Source: Smithella sp. (lineage in GTDB: Bacteria > Desulfobacterota > Syntrophia > Syntrophales > Smithellaceae). From it: a stretch of 64,000 bases of DNA. The notes under the pieces were generated by a model that was not told the DNA's origin, made no database searches, and worked only from the letters and a program-made list of their open reading frames with translations. Made by a program: the position numbers and the translations under genes. The DNA is taken from assembly GCA_052139735.1 (NCBI GenBank), contig JBKQWB010000014.1:6466-70465 (forward strand), given 5' to 3'. Positions 1 to 9,713 of this stretch are shown in pieces (position 1 is the first letter of the stretch; every line of letters begins with the position of its first letter).

Positions 1-2119
1 TGGAAGGGCAAATGGCATTGGAAAGAAACTGGCCTTTTGTCCTGCCGTCGGCGCTTGCCGCCATGATATATCCATCGCCCGCCCAGTAGTTCCAGCTTAA
101 CATTCCCGGACGATATTTACGTCCTGTGGATTTTGTGGAGTGCCTCCAAGTTTCGCCGCACCACAGCTCCATCACTTTGCGGGCCATCGCATCGGCGTCG
201 TTGTCGTCACGGCCGTATTTGGGAGCACGGTTCTTTGCTCTGGCCTGCAGAATTTCATGCCCCTGCCAGTTGGCCGTGAGCGCGGTGATCAATTCCCGCA
301 TGGTGCAGTGTTTTTCATCGAAGACAAGATATTTTATTGCCAGAAGCGAATCCACTGTTGTGGCATAGGTCACGGCTTCCATCGTCGTGAAGTTTATTTC
401 CGCTCCGCCCTGCGTAACGTCCTTACACTTTTCCGCACAGCCTTTAACCATGCAGGAAAGATACGGTGTGGGGAAAAAACGGGAGCGTATCGATTCTGAG
501 ACTTCGTATAGATCAACGCATTTTTGAATAATGTGCCGCGTCTGCCGGGCGTAAGCTTCCCAGAATTCTTCCCATGTTTGGAAAGCCGTAGAATCTCCGG
601 TTTGCGGGCCATCCTGTTTGATGGTCTCAGTTTTGCCTGTCATGGGATCGGTGTAAGGGAGCAGGTCTTTGCCACCCGTCAGTGCCAGTTCCACCGCCTT
701 GAGCAGGTTGATATTGTTATCCACCGTTCCTGAACGGTCATTGCCGACCATCGTGTTTTCCAGACAGCCGACCGGCGCGTATTCATGAACATTGCTTTCG
801 TTGATAAGATTTGTCAACCCAGCCTTCTTTGCCTCAAGCATCATACCGGCCATCGAACGTTCATCGAAGTTAAGCAGGAAAGGAGCGCCTTGACTGGTTT
901 CGATCATATCCACAACTTTATCATACAGCGCATCCGGGCTGTTGCGATGCAGCCTCACATTGGGCTTGGGTTCCAGAATGGGCGACATTTCATCAATGAC
1001 CTCTAAAATAACATAGGTGAGATCGTTGGTCATATCTTTGCCGTCAATGCCCAGGCCGGACAATGTGATGAGTTGGCCGAAACCGGCTGTGATTCCCTGA
1101 TTGCCGTTACGGATCATCGCGTCATAGGCGGTGTTTGCGTGAACCCAGAAACATTTCAGGATTTCTTTGGCAAACTCTCTGTCCATGCCGTCAATGATGG
1201 AACGCTGATAATAAGGCCACAGATACTGGTCAATTCTGCCGAAGGAAACTCCCGCACCGGGATAATTTTCATCGGTCATGACAAGCATGTGATTGATCCA
1301 CAGCGCCTGAACGGCTTCCCAGAATGTTGTCGGCGGCTCCCAGGGAACTTTGCTTAAGTTCCGAGCCATAATCGACAGCTCGTTTTTCCGGGTATTATCT
1401 TTTTCATCCCGTGCGAGTTCAAGGCAGAGTTCCTTATATTTAAAAGCCAGATCACGCGCCATTGTGGATGCCGTAATCATGGCGCAAAGCTGAGCGCCTT
1501 TTTCGCCTTGCCGTTCGTTATTATCCAGCGCGTTATAAAGTGAAAGGAGTTCGCCGTATACGCCTTTCCAACCGATTTTCAGCAACCGTTCGTGCCCCGG
1601 GACAAGATGGCCGCTCGTAGCGCCGGCATTGCCGTAGCCGTGATCGTGAAACCGTTTCATTTTAGCCCTGGCGCCGTTTTTGCCCTTCACCTCGCGCAGC
1701 CACTGATCGCTTTCCTCTTTTGTGAAACACATGGATGTCTGAATATTGAACCTGGCTCCCGCCAGCAGATCGCCCGGCAGAATTTCCTGCGGCACGTAAT
1801 TGACGATGGCTTCGCGTACAAACCATGCACGCCGCTGAACCCGCGGCCATTTCCAGAAATCCTGATGCAGCAAGACCTGCCTTGCCGCCTGAAGATAGGA
1901 TGCGCCCAGAGTGTTGATAAGCGTATATGTTTCCGGCACAATATAAAAGGTCAGTTCGTTAAAGACGATGTCCCAGGGAGTGCCTGTTGTCCATGACGTG
2001 TATTCATTGTTCCAGGCGCGATCGTTGCCGCTAAAATAATAATCGCGCAGCCACTGGATGCGGTCCGACAACCCCTTCGGTTCTTTCATTAAATTTTGCT
2101 CAATTGAAACTTTTTCCAT
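1..2119 (-). CDS. Glycyl radical enzyme, PFL2/glycerol-dehydratase-like family; 5' part only (~706 codons), the C-terminal Gly-radical domain lies beyond the left edge
   Basis: Absent from the ORF track because it has no stop in the window. My own reverse-strand translation starts at ATG 2119..2117, with SD GGGAGGGAAGG just upstream, and stays open to nt 1. It reads MEKVSIEQNLMKEPKGLSDRIQWLRDYYF... It contains the thiyl-Cys loop YAPVGCLENTMVGN and ...MAASADGRTKGQFLSNAICPS, both typical of this family. Confidence 0.85.
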   Translation of the reverse strand, partial: MEKVSIEQNLMKEPKGLSDRIQWLRDYYFSGNDRAWNNEYTSWTTGTPWDIVFNELTFYIVPETYTLINTLGASYLQAARQVLLHQDFWKWPRVQRRAWFVREAIVNYVPQEILPGDLLAGARFNIQTSMCFTKEESDQWLREVKGKNGARAKMKRFHDHGYGNAGATSGHLVPGHERLLKIGWKGVYGELLSLYNALDNNERQGEKGAQLCAMITASTMARDLAFKYKELCLELARDEKDNTRKNELSIMARNLSKVPWEPPTTFWEAVQALWINHMLVMTDENYPGAGVSFGRIDQYLWPYYQRSIIDGMDREFAKEILKCFWVHANTAYDAMIRNGNQGITAGFGQLITLSGLGIDGKDMTNDLTYVILEVIDEMSPILEPKPNVRLHRNSPDALYDKVVDMIETSQGAPFLLNFDERSMAGMMLEAKKAGLTNLINESNVHEYAPVGCLENTMVGNDRSGTVDNNINLLKAVELALTGGKDLLPYTDPMTGKTETIKQDGPQTGDSTAFQTWEEFWEAYARQTRHIIQKCVDLYEVSESIRSRFFPTPYLSCMVKGCAEKCKDVTQGGAEINFTTMEAVTYATTVDSLLAIKYLVFDEKHCTMRELITALTANWQGHEILQARAKNRAPKYGRDDNDADAMARKVMELWCGETWRHSTKSTGRKYRPGMLSWNYWAGDGYIMAASADGRTKGQFLSNAICPS

Positions 2120-2415
2120 ATCAACCTTCCCTCCCGGAAATAGGTTATTATATACTTAAAATAAGCGCAACGTGACAGTTTTTCAAGGTAAAAAGAAGCT
2201 AAATTCGTAAGCGATTGAATATACAATAATATTGTCCCTTAAAGATCAACTTTTTCGCGGTTTAATGCCAGGAGCCTCCATTTCTACTATAATATTTCCT
2301 TGAATATAATAACTTTCCCCCTGAAAATGCACATCTGAATAGCGATTCGTTTCAACAACCGCGACAGATTTCATTTTGTTCCCAAAAAACAGCGGGCCAA
2401 TATGATGGACTTGCG

Positions 2416-2952
2416 TTAAAGCAACTCTTGCAGCAGAAATATTAGACCCATCAGTCCAAGAATGCCGCTGCCATACCAGAGCCATTTTCTTCTGGTTAAA
2501 ACAGCTATTGCTGAAACTGCAATTGCTATCTGAAAGACTGTGACTGCTCTGGCCAATATGTTGTGAGCCGCGAGATGATTAGAAGAAGACTTCTCCTTTT
2601 CTCTTGCCCGCTCTTCAATTTCCTTTTGATCTTTTTTATAAAGATTAACTTTCTCTTCGTCTTTTGCAGATATCTGCTTCCCTAACGCCTGTAGTGTTTC
2701 GATTTTGCTTTCGAGAACCGCGGATTTGATCCCCTTTGCCTGATAATATGCCCATTGATCTGATGATTGGATCTGCTCAATCAGCGCTTCATTTGAGTGG
2801 TGACCCGCCATCAGCGAACACAAGGCGGCAAATACGGCAAGGATGGCCGTGCTTAGAGCCACCAGGAACACCCACTTTTCCTCTGTTTTTTCAGCTTCTT
2901 CTTGAATAGCTTCGTGTAACTTTTCTGTTGGAACTTCGATTTCTTCAGGCAT
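2416..2952 (-). CDS. DUF4337-like membrane protein
   Basis: 178 aa. Acidic N-terminus, a TM helix (WVFLVALSTAILAVFAALCSL), a Lys/Glu-rich coiled-coil middle and two C-terminal TM helices. This layout and HHSNEALIEQIQSSDQWAYYQAKGIK match my memory of DUF4337. Confidence 0.55.
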   Translation of the reverse strand: MPEEIEVPTEKLHEAIQEEAEKTEEKWVFLVALSTAILAVFAALCSLMAGHHSNEALIEQIQSSDQWAYYQAKGIKSAVLESKIETLQALGKQISAKDEEKVNLYKKDQKEIEERAREKEKSSSNHLAAHNILARAVTVFQIAIAVSAIAVLTRRKWLWYGSGILGLMGLIFLLQELL

Positions 2953-3356
2953 GATACCTCCTTCAATTGTATTTTTTATCTAAAACTGATTTGTATTTCT
3001 TATTCCGTCGGGCGGAAACATTTTTTCATTGGGATAGAAATTAACAATCCTTTCACATCGAAGAGTAGGATTATATTTGATAAGATATCACCTCTATGAG
3101 CGAGAAATATAAGGGTGTTTATCTTGTATGTCAATGTAATTCAGATAACAAAAATTGAGATATAAATACTTGCATTCGATCAGGATATCCATATTTTTTT
3201 CATGTGGTTTTCGAATCTGACATCATGAAGTGGCGTGAATCAATGGAGAAGTTTTTGGATCTGAAAGCCGATATCCTCTGCTAAGGCTATTTGGGGATAT
3301 TCTCACTATGGACAGAGTTTTAGCCGGGGATATCCGGGAGCGATATAAGCATAAAT

Positions 3357-3395
3357 AAAAAAAGTGTCTAGCAGAGGCAAGGCAGACACTTTTTT
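3357..3395 (-). terminator. Rho-independent terminator after serA (possibly bidirectional)
   Basis: GTGTCT (3364-3369) pairs with AGACAC (3384-3389). The stem is flanked by A7 (3357-3363) and T6 (3390-3395). It lies about 33 nt past the serA stop. Confidence 0.6.
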
Positions 3396-3427
3396 GATAA
3401 ATAGGAGAGAACGTGCCGGAGGTTTTC

Positions 3428-4612
3428 TTAAAGCACTCTAACAGCCACGATCCCATCGATTGCGTAAATTTTCTTTACCAGGTCAGCGTTGATATCTCCT
3501 TCCAGGTCAATAATGTTGTAGGCCAGATTCCCTTTACTCTTATTGATCATATCCGCTATGTTAAGCTTGTTGTCGGCAAAGAGGTGCGTGATCTTCTCGA
3601 TCATGCCCGGCGTGTTATTGTTTGAAATTGTGATTCTCTTCTTGTCCGACCTGTCGAGGGAGCACTCGGGGAAATTGACTGAGTTCTTGATGTTACCGTT
3701 CTCAAGAAAATCCATTAGCTGCATGGTAGCCATGATAGCGCAGTTTTCCTCAGATTCCTCGGTGGATGCGCCCAGGTGCGGAATGGCGATGACCTTGTCT
3801 GTCTTGATGACTTCTTCGTCCGGGAAGTCAGTCACGTAGCAGCTCACGATCCCGTCGGCAATAGCCTTCTTCAGGGATGGGGTATCCACGAGCCCTCCTC
3901 TGGCGAAGTTGAGGAGCACGGCGCCTTTCTTCATATGTACAAACTTGTCGGAGTTGATGAAGCCCTTGGTGTCCTTATTCTGGGGGACGTGCAGCGTTAT
4001 AAAATCGGACTCTGCCAGAAGCCGCTCCAGGCTTGAAGCCTTCTTGATGGTGCGGGAGAGCTTCCAGGCCGCCTCGATGGACAGGAACGGATCATATCCC
4101 ATGACTTCCATGCCCAGAGATTCGGCCGTATTGGCCAACATGGTGCCGATGGCACCCAGACCCACGACGCCCAAGGTCTTGCCCAGGATTTCGGTGCCGC
4201 CAAACTTGGATTTGCCTTTCTCAATGAGGTCTGGCACTTTGTCCCCTTCGCCCACGAGTCCCTTGGCCCAGGCGATGCCTTCGGTCACTTTCCGCGAAGA
4301 GAGCAGCATACCCAGGATGACCAGTTCCTTGACACCGTTGGCGTTGGCTCCCGGGGTATTGAAGACGACAATGCCTTTTTCCGAGCACTTGTCGATGGGA
4401 ATATTGTTGACTCCGGCGCCGGCGCGAGCAATTGCTTTCAGATTTGACGGCAGGCTCATTTCTTTCATTTCTTTGCTTCTGACCAAAATGCCGTCAGGAT
4501 CGGAAATATCGGCACGATACTCATACTTCTCAGTAAAAAAGCTGAGCCCTTTTTCCGAAATTTTATTTAACAGATCAATACGATACATAAAATACCTCCT
4601 ATTCCTTTCCAT
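3428..4612 (-). CDS. serA: D-3-phosphoglycerate dehydrogenase (2-hydroxyacid dehydrogenase with C-terminal ACT-like domain)
   Basis: 394 aa. NAD motif GVVGLGAIGTMLA, catalytic-region NFARGGLVD and IPHLGASTEE, and a ~80-aa C-terminal regulatory-type domain. Confidence 0.85.
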   Translation of the reverse strand: MERNRRYFMYRIDLLNKISEKGLSFFTEKYEYRADISDPDGILVRSKEMKEMSLPSNLKAIARAGAGVNNIPIDKCSEKGIVVFNTPGANANGVKELVILGMLLSSRKVTEGIAWAKGLVGEGDKVPDLIEKGKSKFGGTEILGKTLGVVGLGAIGTMLANTAESLGMEVMGYDPFLSIEAAWKLSRTIKKASSLERLLAESDFITLHVPQNKDTKGFINSDKFVHMKKGAVLLNFARGGLVDTPSLKKAIADGIVSCYVTDFPDEEVIKTDKVIAIPHLGASTEESEENCAIMATMQLMDFLENGNIKNSVNFPECSLDRSDKKRITISNNNTPGMIEKITHLFADNKLNIADMINKSKGNLAYNIIDLEGDINADLVKKIYAIDGIVAVRVL

Positions 4613-4725
4613 ACTTTTTTATTAGAGAGTACTCTGATAACATTGAATACCTTTTTGTGCCAATATTGTTCAAAGCAAATTGTCCTTATGGTGTTTTTAA
4701 TAAGAACTTCCATTTTACCGGATGA

Positions 4726-4754
4726 AATATAGAATGGACGTACCCATGTGTCAA
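4726..4754 (-). promoter_or_regulatory. Candidate sigma70-type promoter for serA
   Basis: On the minus strand: TTGACA (4754..4749), 17 nt, TATATT (4731..4726). It lies about 110 nt upstream of the serA ATG at 4612. Confidence 0.4.
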
Positions 4755-4792
4755 GGAAATCTTGGTCACAAAATGTGGGTGTGCATGGATGT

Positions 4793-4817
4793 CAAGAAAA
4801 GGTTCCCTCACGGGAAC
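4793..4817 (-). terminator. Rho-independent terminator of the tsup-cysD-cysNC operon
   Basis: On the minus strand GGTTCCC-GTGA-GGGAACC is followed by TTTTCTT. The plus-strand stem arms are 4800-4806 and 4811-4817, and the A-tract is 4793-4799. It lies about 150 nt after the cysNC stop. Confidence 0.5.
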
Positions 4818-4967
4818 CCTTGATTTATCGTGGTGGTGCCGGGAGTCTACTTCAAACCGCTCTCTATTGGCCTTTGCGCCTTTCAATAATTTACAATTCC
4901 CCCAATCAAGCACTTTTTGCGTTACGACAACCCCAAAGGTACGGTTTAAATAAAATTAAACTTGCAT

Positions 4968-6875
4968 CTACTTTAACGTGGTAATTATCCCTTCAATAAT
5001 AAGCCGCTTAGCAAGCATGTTAACTATTTCTTCCATTCCCTGCTGATCCGTATTGATGGAAATTTCCGGATCTACCGGTGTTTCGTAAGGTGAACTAATA
5101 CCCGTAAATTCGGGAATTTCCCCCCGTAGAACTTTTTTATACAGTCCGTGCGGATCACGTTTTTTACAGGTTTCGATGTCACATTGAACGTAAATTTCGA
5201 AAAAGCTTTTTTCCGGGAATAAGTTTCTTACTATTTGTCTGTCTGAGATAAATGGGGAAATAAAGGTACATAAGACGATGTGTCCTGATTCAAAAAAAAG
5301 CTTGGCTACTTCGCTAGCCCGGCGAATGTTTTCACTCCGTTCCTTTGCAGAGAAGCCTAAATCACCACACAAGCCATGTCTCATATGATCCCCATCTAGA
5401 AGCATGGTTTGACAGCCTGTAATAAATAATCTGCTTTCCAGTTCCTTTGCTATGGTTGATTTACCAGAACCTGAAAATCCTGTAAACCAGAGCACAGCCC
5501 CCTTGTGCTGATTTTTTTGTTCCCGAACGTTACGCGGAATATTCCAGCCACTCCATACTGCATGCGGAGATTTGAAATTGACAGTGTTTGTTATTTCACT
5601 ATCTTTTATCGCCTTTATTATTGGTCCTGAAGTTCCACGGATCATACCGGCAGCAACAGTATTGTTGGTTTGCAAATCGATAAGAATAAAACTGCCGGTA
5701 GCATGATTGATTTTGTAAGGATCAAAAAATATTTGTGAAGCTGTTTGTATCTCGACACGTCCTATATCATTTAGTTCCAGTGTATTTGCAGGATTCCGAT
5801 GAAGCGTATTCACATCAATTTTATATATGATGCTTGAAACAAGGGCTCGGACGTTTCGAGTTGTATGTTTGAGAAGATACATCGTAGATATAGATAAAGG
5901 CGCATCGTCCATCCAGCAGATTATAGCATCCAGAGATGTTCCTATTTGAGGCAGATTTTTTTTGCGGATAATCATATCGCCGCGACTGACATCGATTTCA
6001 TCACTGAGCGTCATCACGACAGACTGAGCGGCAAAAGCTTCCTGCAGTTCGCCGTCGTAGGTATGAATTGTTTTGACGGTCGTGAGTTTTTGCGAAGGAA
6101 GAATCATAACTTCGTCGCCCGGTGCGATGGTGCCGGAAACAACTTTTCCTGCGTAACCGCGGAAATTAGTGTGCGGACGAAGAACATATTGAACAGGGAA
6201 ACGAAAATCAACAAGGTTTCGGTCGGCAGACACGTGAACATTTTCCAAACTGTGCAGAAGCGTTACGCCCTGATACCAGGGCATGTTTCCACTTTTTTTG
6301 ACAATATTGTCGCCTTTCAGCGCCGATACCGGGATAAATGTAATGTCGGTTATCTCCAGTTTCTGGGAATAATTTTCGTAATCCGAAACGATGCGTTCAT
6401 AAATATCGCGGCTATATCCTACCAAATCCATCTTATTGACGGCTACAATCAAATGGCGAATCTGTAAAAGGGACAGGAGAAATCCGTGCCTTTTGGACTG
6501 TGTCAGCACACCGTTTCCGGCATCTATCAGAATAATGGCGCAATCAGCCTGGGAAGCGCCCGTCACCATGTTTCGTGTATACTGAACATGTCCCGGCGTA
6601 TCGATGATTATATATTTATTTTTCTGTGTTTCAAAATAACGGTAGGCGACATCGATGGTGATACCCTGCTGTCTTTCAGCGGACAGGCCGTCAAGGAGCC
6701 ACGCCAGATCGGGCTGTTCAAAACCGTGCCGTTGCGAAGTCTTTACGACAGCTTCATATTGATCTTCGTAAATGGATTCGGTTTCGTACAAAAGCCTGCC
6801 CAGCAATGTCGATTTGCCGTCATCAACGCTTCCGGTTGCTGTAAGACGCAGCAGTGTTTTCGCGCGATCGTTCAT
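4968..6875 (-). CDS. cysNC: Bifunctional sulfate adenylyltransferase subunit 1 / adenylylsulfate kinase (CysN-CysC fusion, NodQ-like)
   Basis: GTPase motifs GSVDDGKSTLLGRLL, DTPGH and NKMD. C-terminal APS-kinase P-loop GFSGSGKST. The likely start is ATG 6875 ([11 protein letters not shown]), which overlaps the cysD stop (TGATG). The ORF track extends it to 6914. Confidence 0.9.
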   Translation of the reverse strand: MNDRAKTLLRLTATGSVDDGKSTLLGRLLYETESIYEDQYEAVVKTSQRHGFEQPDLAWLLDGLSAERQQGITIDVAYRYFETQKNKYIIIDTPGHVQYTRNMVTGASQADCAIILIDAGNGVLTQSKRHGFLLSLLQIRHLIVAVNKMDLVGYSRDIYERIVSDYENYSQKLEITDITFIPVSALKGDNIVKKSGNMPWYQGVTLLHSLENVHVSADRNLVDFRFPVQYVLRPHTNFRGYAGKVVSGTIAPGDEVMILPSQKLTTVKTIHTYDGELQEAFAAQSVVMTLSDEIDVSRGDMIIRKKNLPQIGTSLDAIICWMDDAPLSISTMYLLKHTTRNVRALVSSIIYKIDVNTLHRNPANTLELNDIGRVEIQTASQIFFDPYKINHATGSFILIDLQTNNTVAAGMIRGTSGPIIKAIKDSEITNTVNFKSPHAVWSGWNIPRNVREQKNQHKGAVLWFTGFSGSGKSTIAKELESRLFITGCQTMLLDGDHMRHGLCGDLGFSAKERSENIRRASEVAKLFFESGHIVLCTFISPFISDRQIVRNLFPEKSFFEIYVQCDIETCKKRDPHGLYKKVLRGEIPEFTGISSPYETPVDPEISINTDQQGMEEIVNMLAKRLIIEGIITTLK

Positions 6876-7816
6876 CAGAAATATCCTTCTTTCTTTTTCT
6901 GCTCCATGGCACAATCGCTGGTCAGGTCAATTACGCGGTTTTCCCGTTCGGATTTTTTCGCGGCGCAGACTTCCGTAATAATGTTATCATAGGTTGTTGC
7001 CGTTGAATAAACGGCTCCTGTGCACGGGATACAGCCAAGAGAACGAAAACGGCACATAACAGTTTCCACCCGTTCATCGGAAGAGTTCACATTTGGAAAA
7101 TAAGGAATAAGAATGCCCTTGCGGACAATAACATCGCGAACGCGGGCAAAATAAATCGGCACAACGGGAATTTGTTCCAGTTTGATGTATTCCCAGATAT
7201 CTCGTTCTGTCCAGTTACTGAGCGGAAATACGCGCATGGTTTCGTCTTCATTGATGCGTGTGTTGTATAAATCCCAAAGTTCAGGCCGTTGGTTTTTCGG
7301 ATTCCATTGGCCGTGGGCATCGCGCAGTGAAAAGACTCTTTCTTTAGAACGGGATTTTTCCTCCTCCCGTCTGGCGCCACCAAATGCCGCGTCAAATCCG
7401 TGTTTGCGTATGGCGTCCAGAAGCGCTCCTGTTTTAAGATAACTGCAGCATTTATCAACTCCAAATGTATGCGGGTGGCAACCCTGATTAATCCATGCCT
7501 TGTTTTTTTCTACAATAAGCTGCACCCCTATTTTTTTACAGAATTCATCACGGAATTTATACATTTCGGGAAACTTATAGCCGGTATCGATATGCATAAG
7601 AGGAAAAGGGAATTTACCCGGATAGAACGCCTTCTGAGCCAGCCGAACCATCACACTGGAATCCTTGCCGACAGAATAAAGCATAACAGGATTCTTAAAT
7701 TCCGCTGCGACTTCACGCATGATATGGATGGATTCTGATTCAAGTTGTCTTAAAAAAGATATAGTAAAAGAATTCATGTTGGCCGTGTCACCTTTTTTAG
7801 AAATGCTGATTTTCAT
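6875..7816 (-). CDS. cysD: Sulfate adenylyltransferase subunit 2
   Basis: 313 aa. [32 protein letters not shown] (PP-loop region) and the characteristic C-terminus ...[10 protein letters not shown]. Confidence 0.9.
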   Translation of the reverse strand: MKISISKKGDTANMNSFTISFLRQLESESIHIMREVAAEFKNPVMLYSVGKDSSVMVRLAQKAFYPGKFPFPLMHIDTGYKFPEMYKFRDEFCKKIGVQLIVEKNKAWINQGCHPHTFGVDKCCSYLKTGALLDAIRKHGFDAAFGGARREEEKSRSKERVFSLRDAHGQWNPKNQRPELWDLYNTRINEDETMRVFPLSNWTERDIWEYIKLEQIPVVPIYFARVRDVIVRKGILIPYFPNVNSSDERVETVMCRFRSLGCIPCTGAVYSTATTYDNIITEVCAAKKSERENRVIDLTSDCAMEQKKKEGYF

Positions 7817-8568
7817 CTAATCCATACCTTATAGAGAAGAAGCAAGCCTTCAATTAAGACAAGGACACCCAAACCTTTTTTCAGAATTTCTTTAAAGCCC
7901 ATTTTACTCAAAACCATCGGGCCGAAAAAACCGCCAATCGCCGATCCTGCACACAGAGACACCATTAAAAAAATAGAAGGCAGGCCGTTGAACAACAACC
8001 AAAGAAAAAAACTTAAGAGACAAATTGGGGCTTTGGCAAAGTCTGACGATCCTATTGCGCCTTTTTCCGACCTTTCCTTGAAGATGAGCTGTCCTCCGGT
8101 AACAAGTGGTCCAAATCCGGCACCCGATAAAGCCTTGTTAAAGGCGCTTATAAAACCAAGAGCGTATATTTTTTTTGATGTCATGATTAATGTTTTATCC
8201 GATAAAATCATTAACGCGATCGCAATAAGCAAGATGGCAATGTATGTATTCAAAATTTTCGGCGAGATTGATATGGAAATAAAGACAGCGATAATGCAGG
8301 CAAATACACCAACCAAGATGATTGAAGTCGTGATGCGGTAATCAATAGTACCGGTTTGAAAATTAGCATTTTTAAGCCGGTGATGTTTATAAGAAGCAAT
8401 GAAACCACCAACGGCCTGAGAAATTAAGATAGCGGGGACGACGCTTTTGACATCATATCCGATGAGAATTAAAAGAGGCGATAGCACCGTGCCGTACATC
8501 ATGCCCAGCGTGCTGTCCACAAACTTTATGACCATCGCAAAAACAACTAAGTAAAATGATTCAAACAA
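7813..8568 (-). CDS. TSUP (TauE/SafE) family anion permease
   Basis: 251 aa, about 7-8 hydrophobic helices with Gly-rich TM motifs. A 4-nt ATGA overlap with the cysD start indicates translational coupling. Confidence 0.65.
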   Translation of the reverse strand: MFESFYLVVFAMVIKFVDSTLGMMYGTVLSPLLILIGYDVKSVVPAILISQAVGGFIASYKHHRLKNANFQTGTIDYRITTSIILVGVFACIIAVFISISISPKILNTYIAILLIAIALMILSDKTLIMTSKKIYALGFISAFNKALSGAGFGPLVTGGQLIFKERSEKGAIGSSDFAKAPICLLSFFLWLLFNGLPSIFLMVSLCAGSAIGGFFGPMVLSKMGFKEILKKGLGVLVLIEGLLLLYKVWIR

Positions 8569-8716
8569 TATGAAACATCCTTGTTGATAAGATCGTTTTT
8601 ATCTTGCTTCTCGATAGAAGAGTATGTGTAGCAATAGAGAATAATGTACTCCATATCTTCCGCACGCAATGCTTTAATCAAAACAGTCATCATTGATGAA
8701 AATTTTGAAATACTCT

Positions 8717-9646
8717 TTACCCTTGCAAAAAATCAATTTGATGATCCAGACTAAAATATGAGGGCAAAAAATGCTCCCGTATAAATTGCGTTCTTTTCGG
8801 CAAACTTCGTCTTATTTTAACAGTAACAGGAACACCGGAAGCTACTGCGGCATGAAAAACGAACGTGTCAAATGTAAACACCCTTGCAATTTGTCCTGAT
8901 GTAAGAATTTGCGCAAACTGACAGGGGCTGAATCGTCCACGCCAATCTTCGAAATGAGTCCCGATTCCGGCTGGTATTCTAGATTCAATATCACTCTTTC
9001 CTCCAACTAAACAAAGTGAAAAACCGGATTGTTCCGCACATTTTTTAGCGTGAATAGATAATTGATCAACATCAAGACTCCATATCCTAAACCAACCGGA
9101 ATCTACGTATGGCGCTAAAAGAACCTTATCGGCATCAACCCACCGTTCCGAGGCAGAGGCGTGCCATGGCGCAAAATCAAATTTCTCAGGAATTTCAATT
9201 TCAAAAAACTGAGCAAGGTTATACGCGATTGCCTCAGAAACCCTGTGTTGCATATTGGCTGAAAGAGTATTAACCGATATGATGTCTGCTTTGGTCTTAG
9301 ACAAAACGTCAGGAAGCAATTCCACCCGCGTTACAATTACATCACAGTCAAATATTTTTTCATCGGTCATAATCTTTATGCCGGATTTTATAAAATACTC
9401 CGTCATGTCTAGCGTCGGTCTAACATAGGTATCAAAATCCTTCGATATTAATCTGATAGCCGGCTCAAAGAAAAGTTGATCGCCTAAATGTATAAAAAGA
9501 GGATTATCCAGATAAAATCCGACTTTTTTAGGGCTGGCAGGCTTTGATTGGCGCTTAATAACTTTTATAAATTTAGAACCTTCTGGAAGCAATGCCTGAC
9601 GAAATTTTTGTTGTACCCTTTTTGTCAAATATTTCATGCGACTCAT
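8717..9646 (-). CDS. GT9-like (heptosyltransferase-fold) glycosyltransferase, paralogue 1
   Basis: 309 aa. N-terminal FYLDNPLFIHLGDQLFFEPAIRLI resembles the GT9 GD-x-P motif. C-terminal DWRGRFSPCQFAQILTSGQIARVFTFDTFVFHAAVASGVPV resembles the GT9 G-x-T-L...D-S-G-x-x-H-L-A region. Confidence 0.45.
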   Translation of the reverse strand: MSRMKYLTKRVQQKFRQALLPEGSKFIKVIKRQSKPASPKKVGFYLDNPLFIHLGDQLFFEPAIRLISKDFDTYVRPTLDMTEYFIKSGIKIMTDEKIFDCDVIVTRVELLPDVLSKTKADIISVNTLSANMQHRVSEAIAYNLAQFFEIEIPEKFDFAPWHASASERWVDADKVLLAPYVDSGWFRIWSLDVDQLSIHAKKCAEQSGFSLCLVGGKSDIESRIPAGIGTHFEDWRGRFSPCQFAQILTSGQIARVFTFDTFVFHAAVASGVPVTVKIRRSLPKRTQFIREHFLPSYFSLDHQIDFLQG

Positions 9647-9713
9647 CTCAATTTCCTCAAACCATTCAAGGTATTAAGTATGTATCCATAAGCTTCATAA
9701 AATTTTTATATAC

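Noticed and set aside
2246-2374. A 42-codon minus-strand ORF (MKSVAVVETNRYSDVHFQGESYYIQGNIIVEMEAPGIKPRKS) between DUF4337 and the glycyl radical enzyme gene.
   Set aside because: It has a weak SD, no recognisable family and a small size. The longer 79-aa version in the ORF track overlaps the DUF4337 3' end.
3909-4625. A 238-aa plus-strand ORF overlapping serA. Similar antisense or overlapping ORFs occur at 5946..6467, 6486..6992, 15322..15753, 17097..17510, 36889..37473, 44322..44804 and 47381..47869.
   Set aside because: Each lies opposite to, or out of frame within, a gene with strong family motifs. They have Ser/Pro/Arg-rich or otherwise non-protein-like composition and no SD sequences.
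4818-4967. A 150-nt untranslated stretch between the cysNC stop and its terminator, with GC-rich segments (…GGCGCAAAGGCC…CCCGGCACCACCACG…). I considered it as a possible riboswitch or sRNA.
   Set aside because: I could not match it to any riboswitch core I know (SAM, glycine, cobalamin, TPP). It also lies 3' of the operon rather than in a leader. I leave it unassigned.
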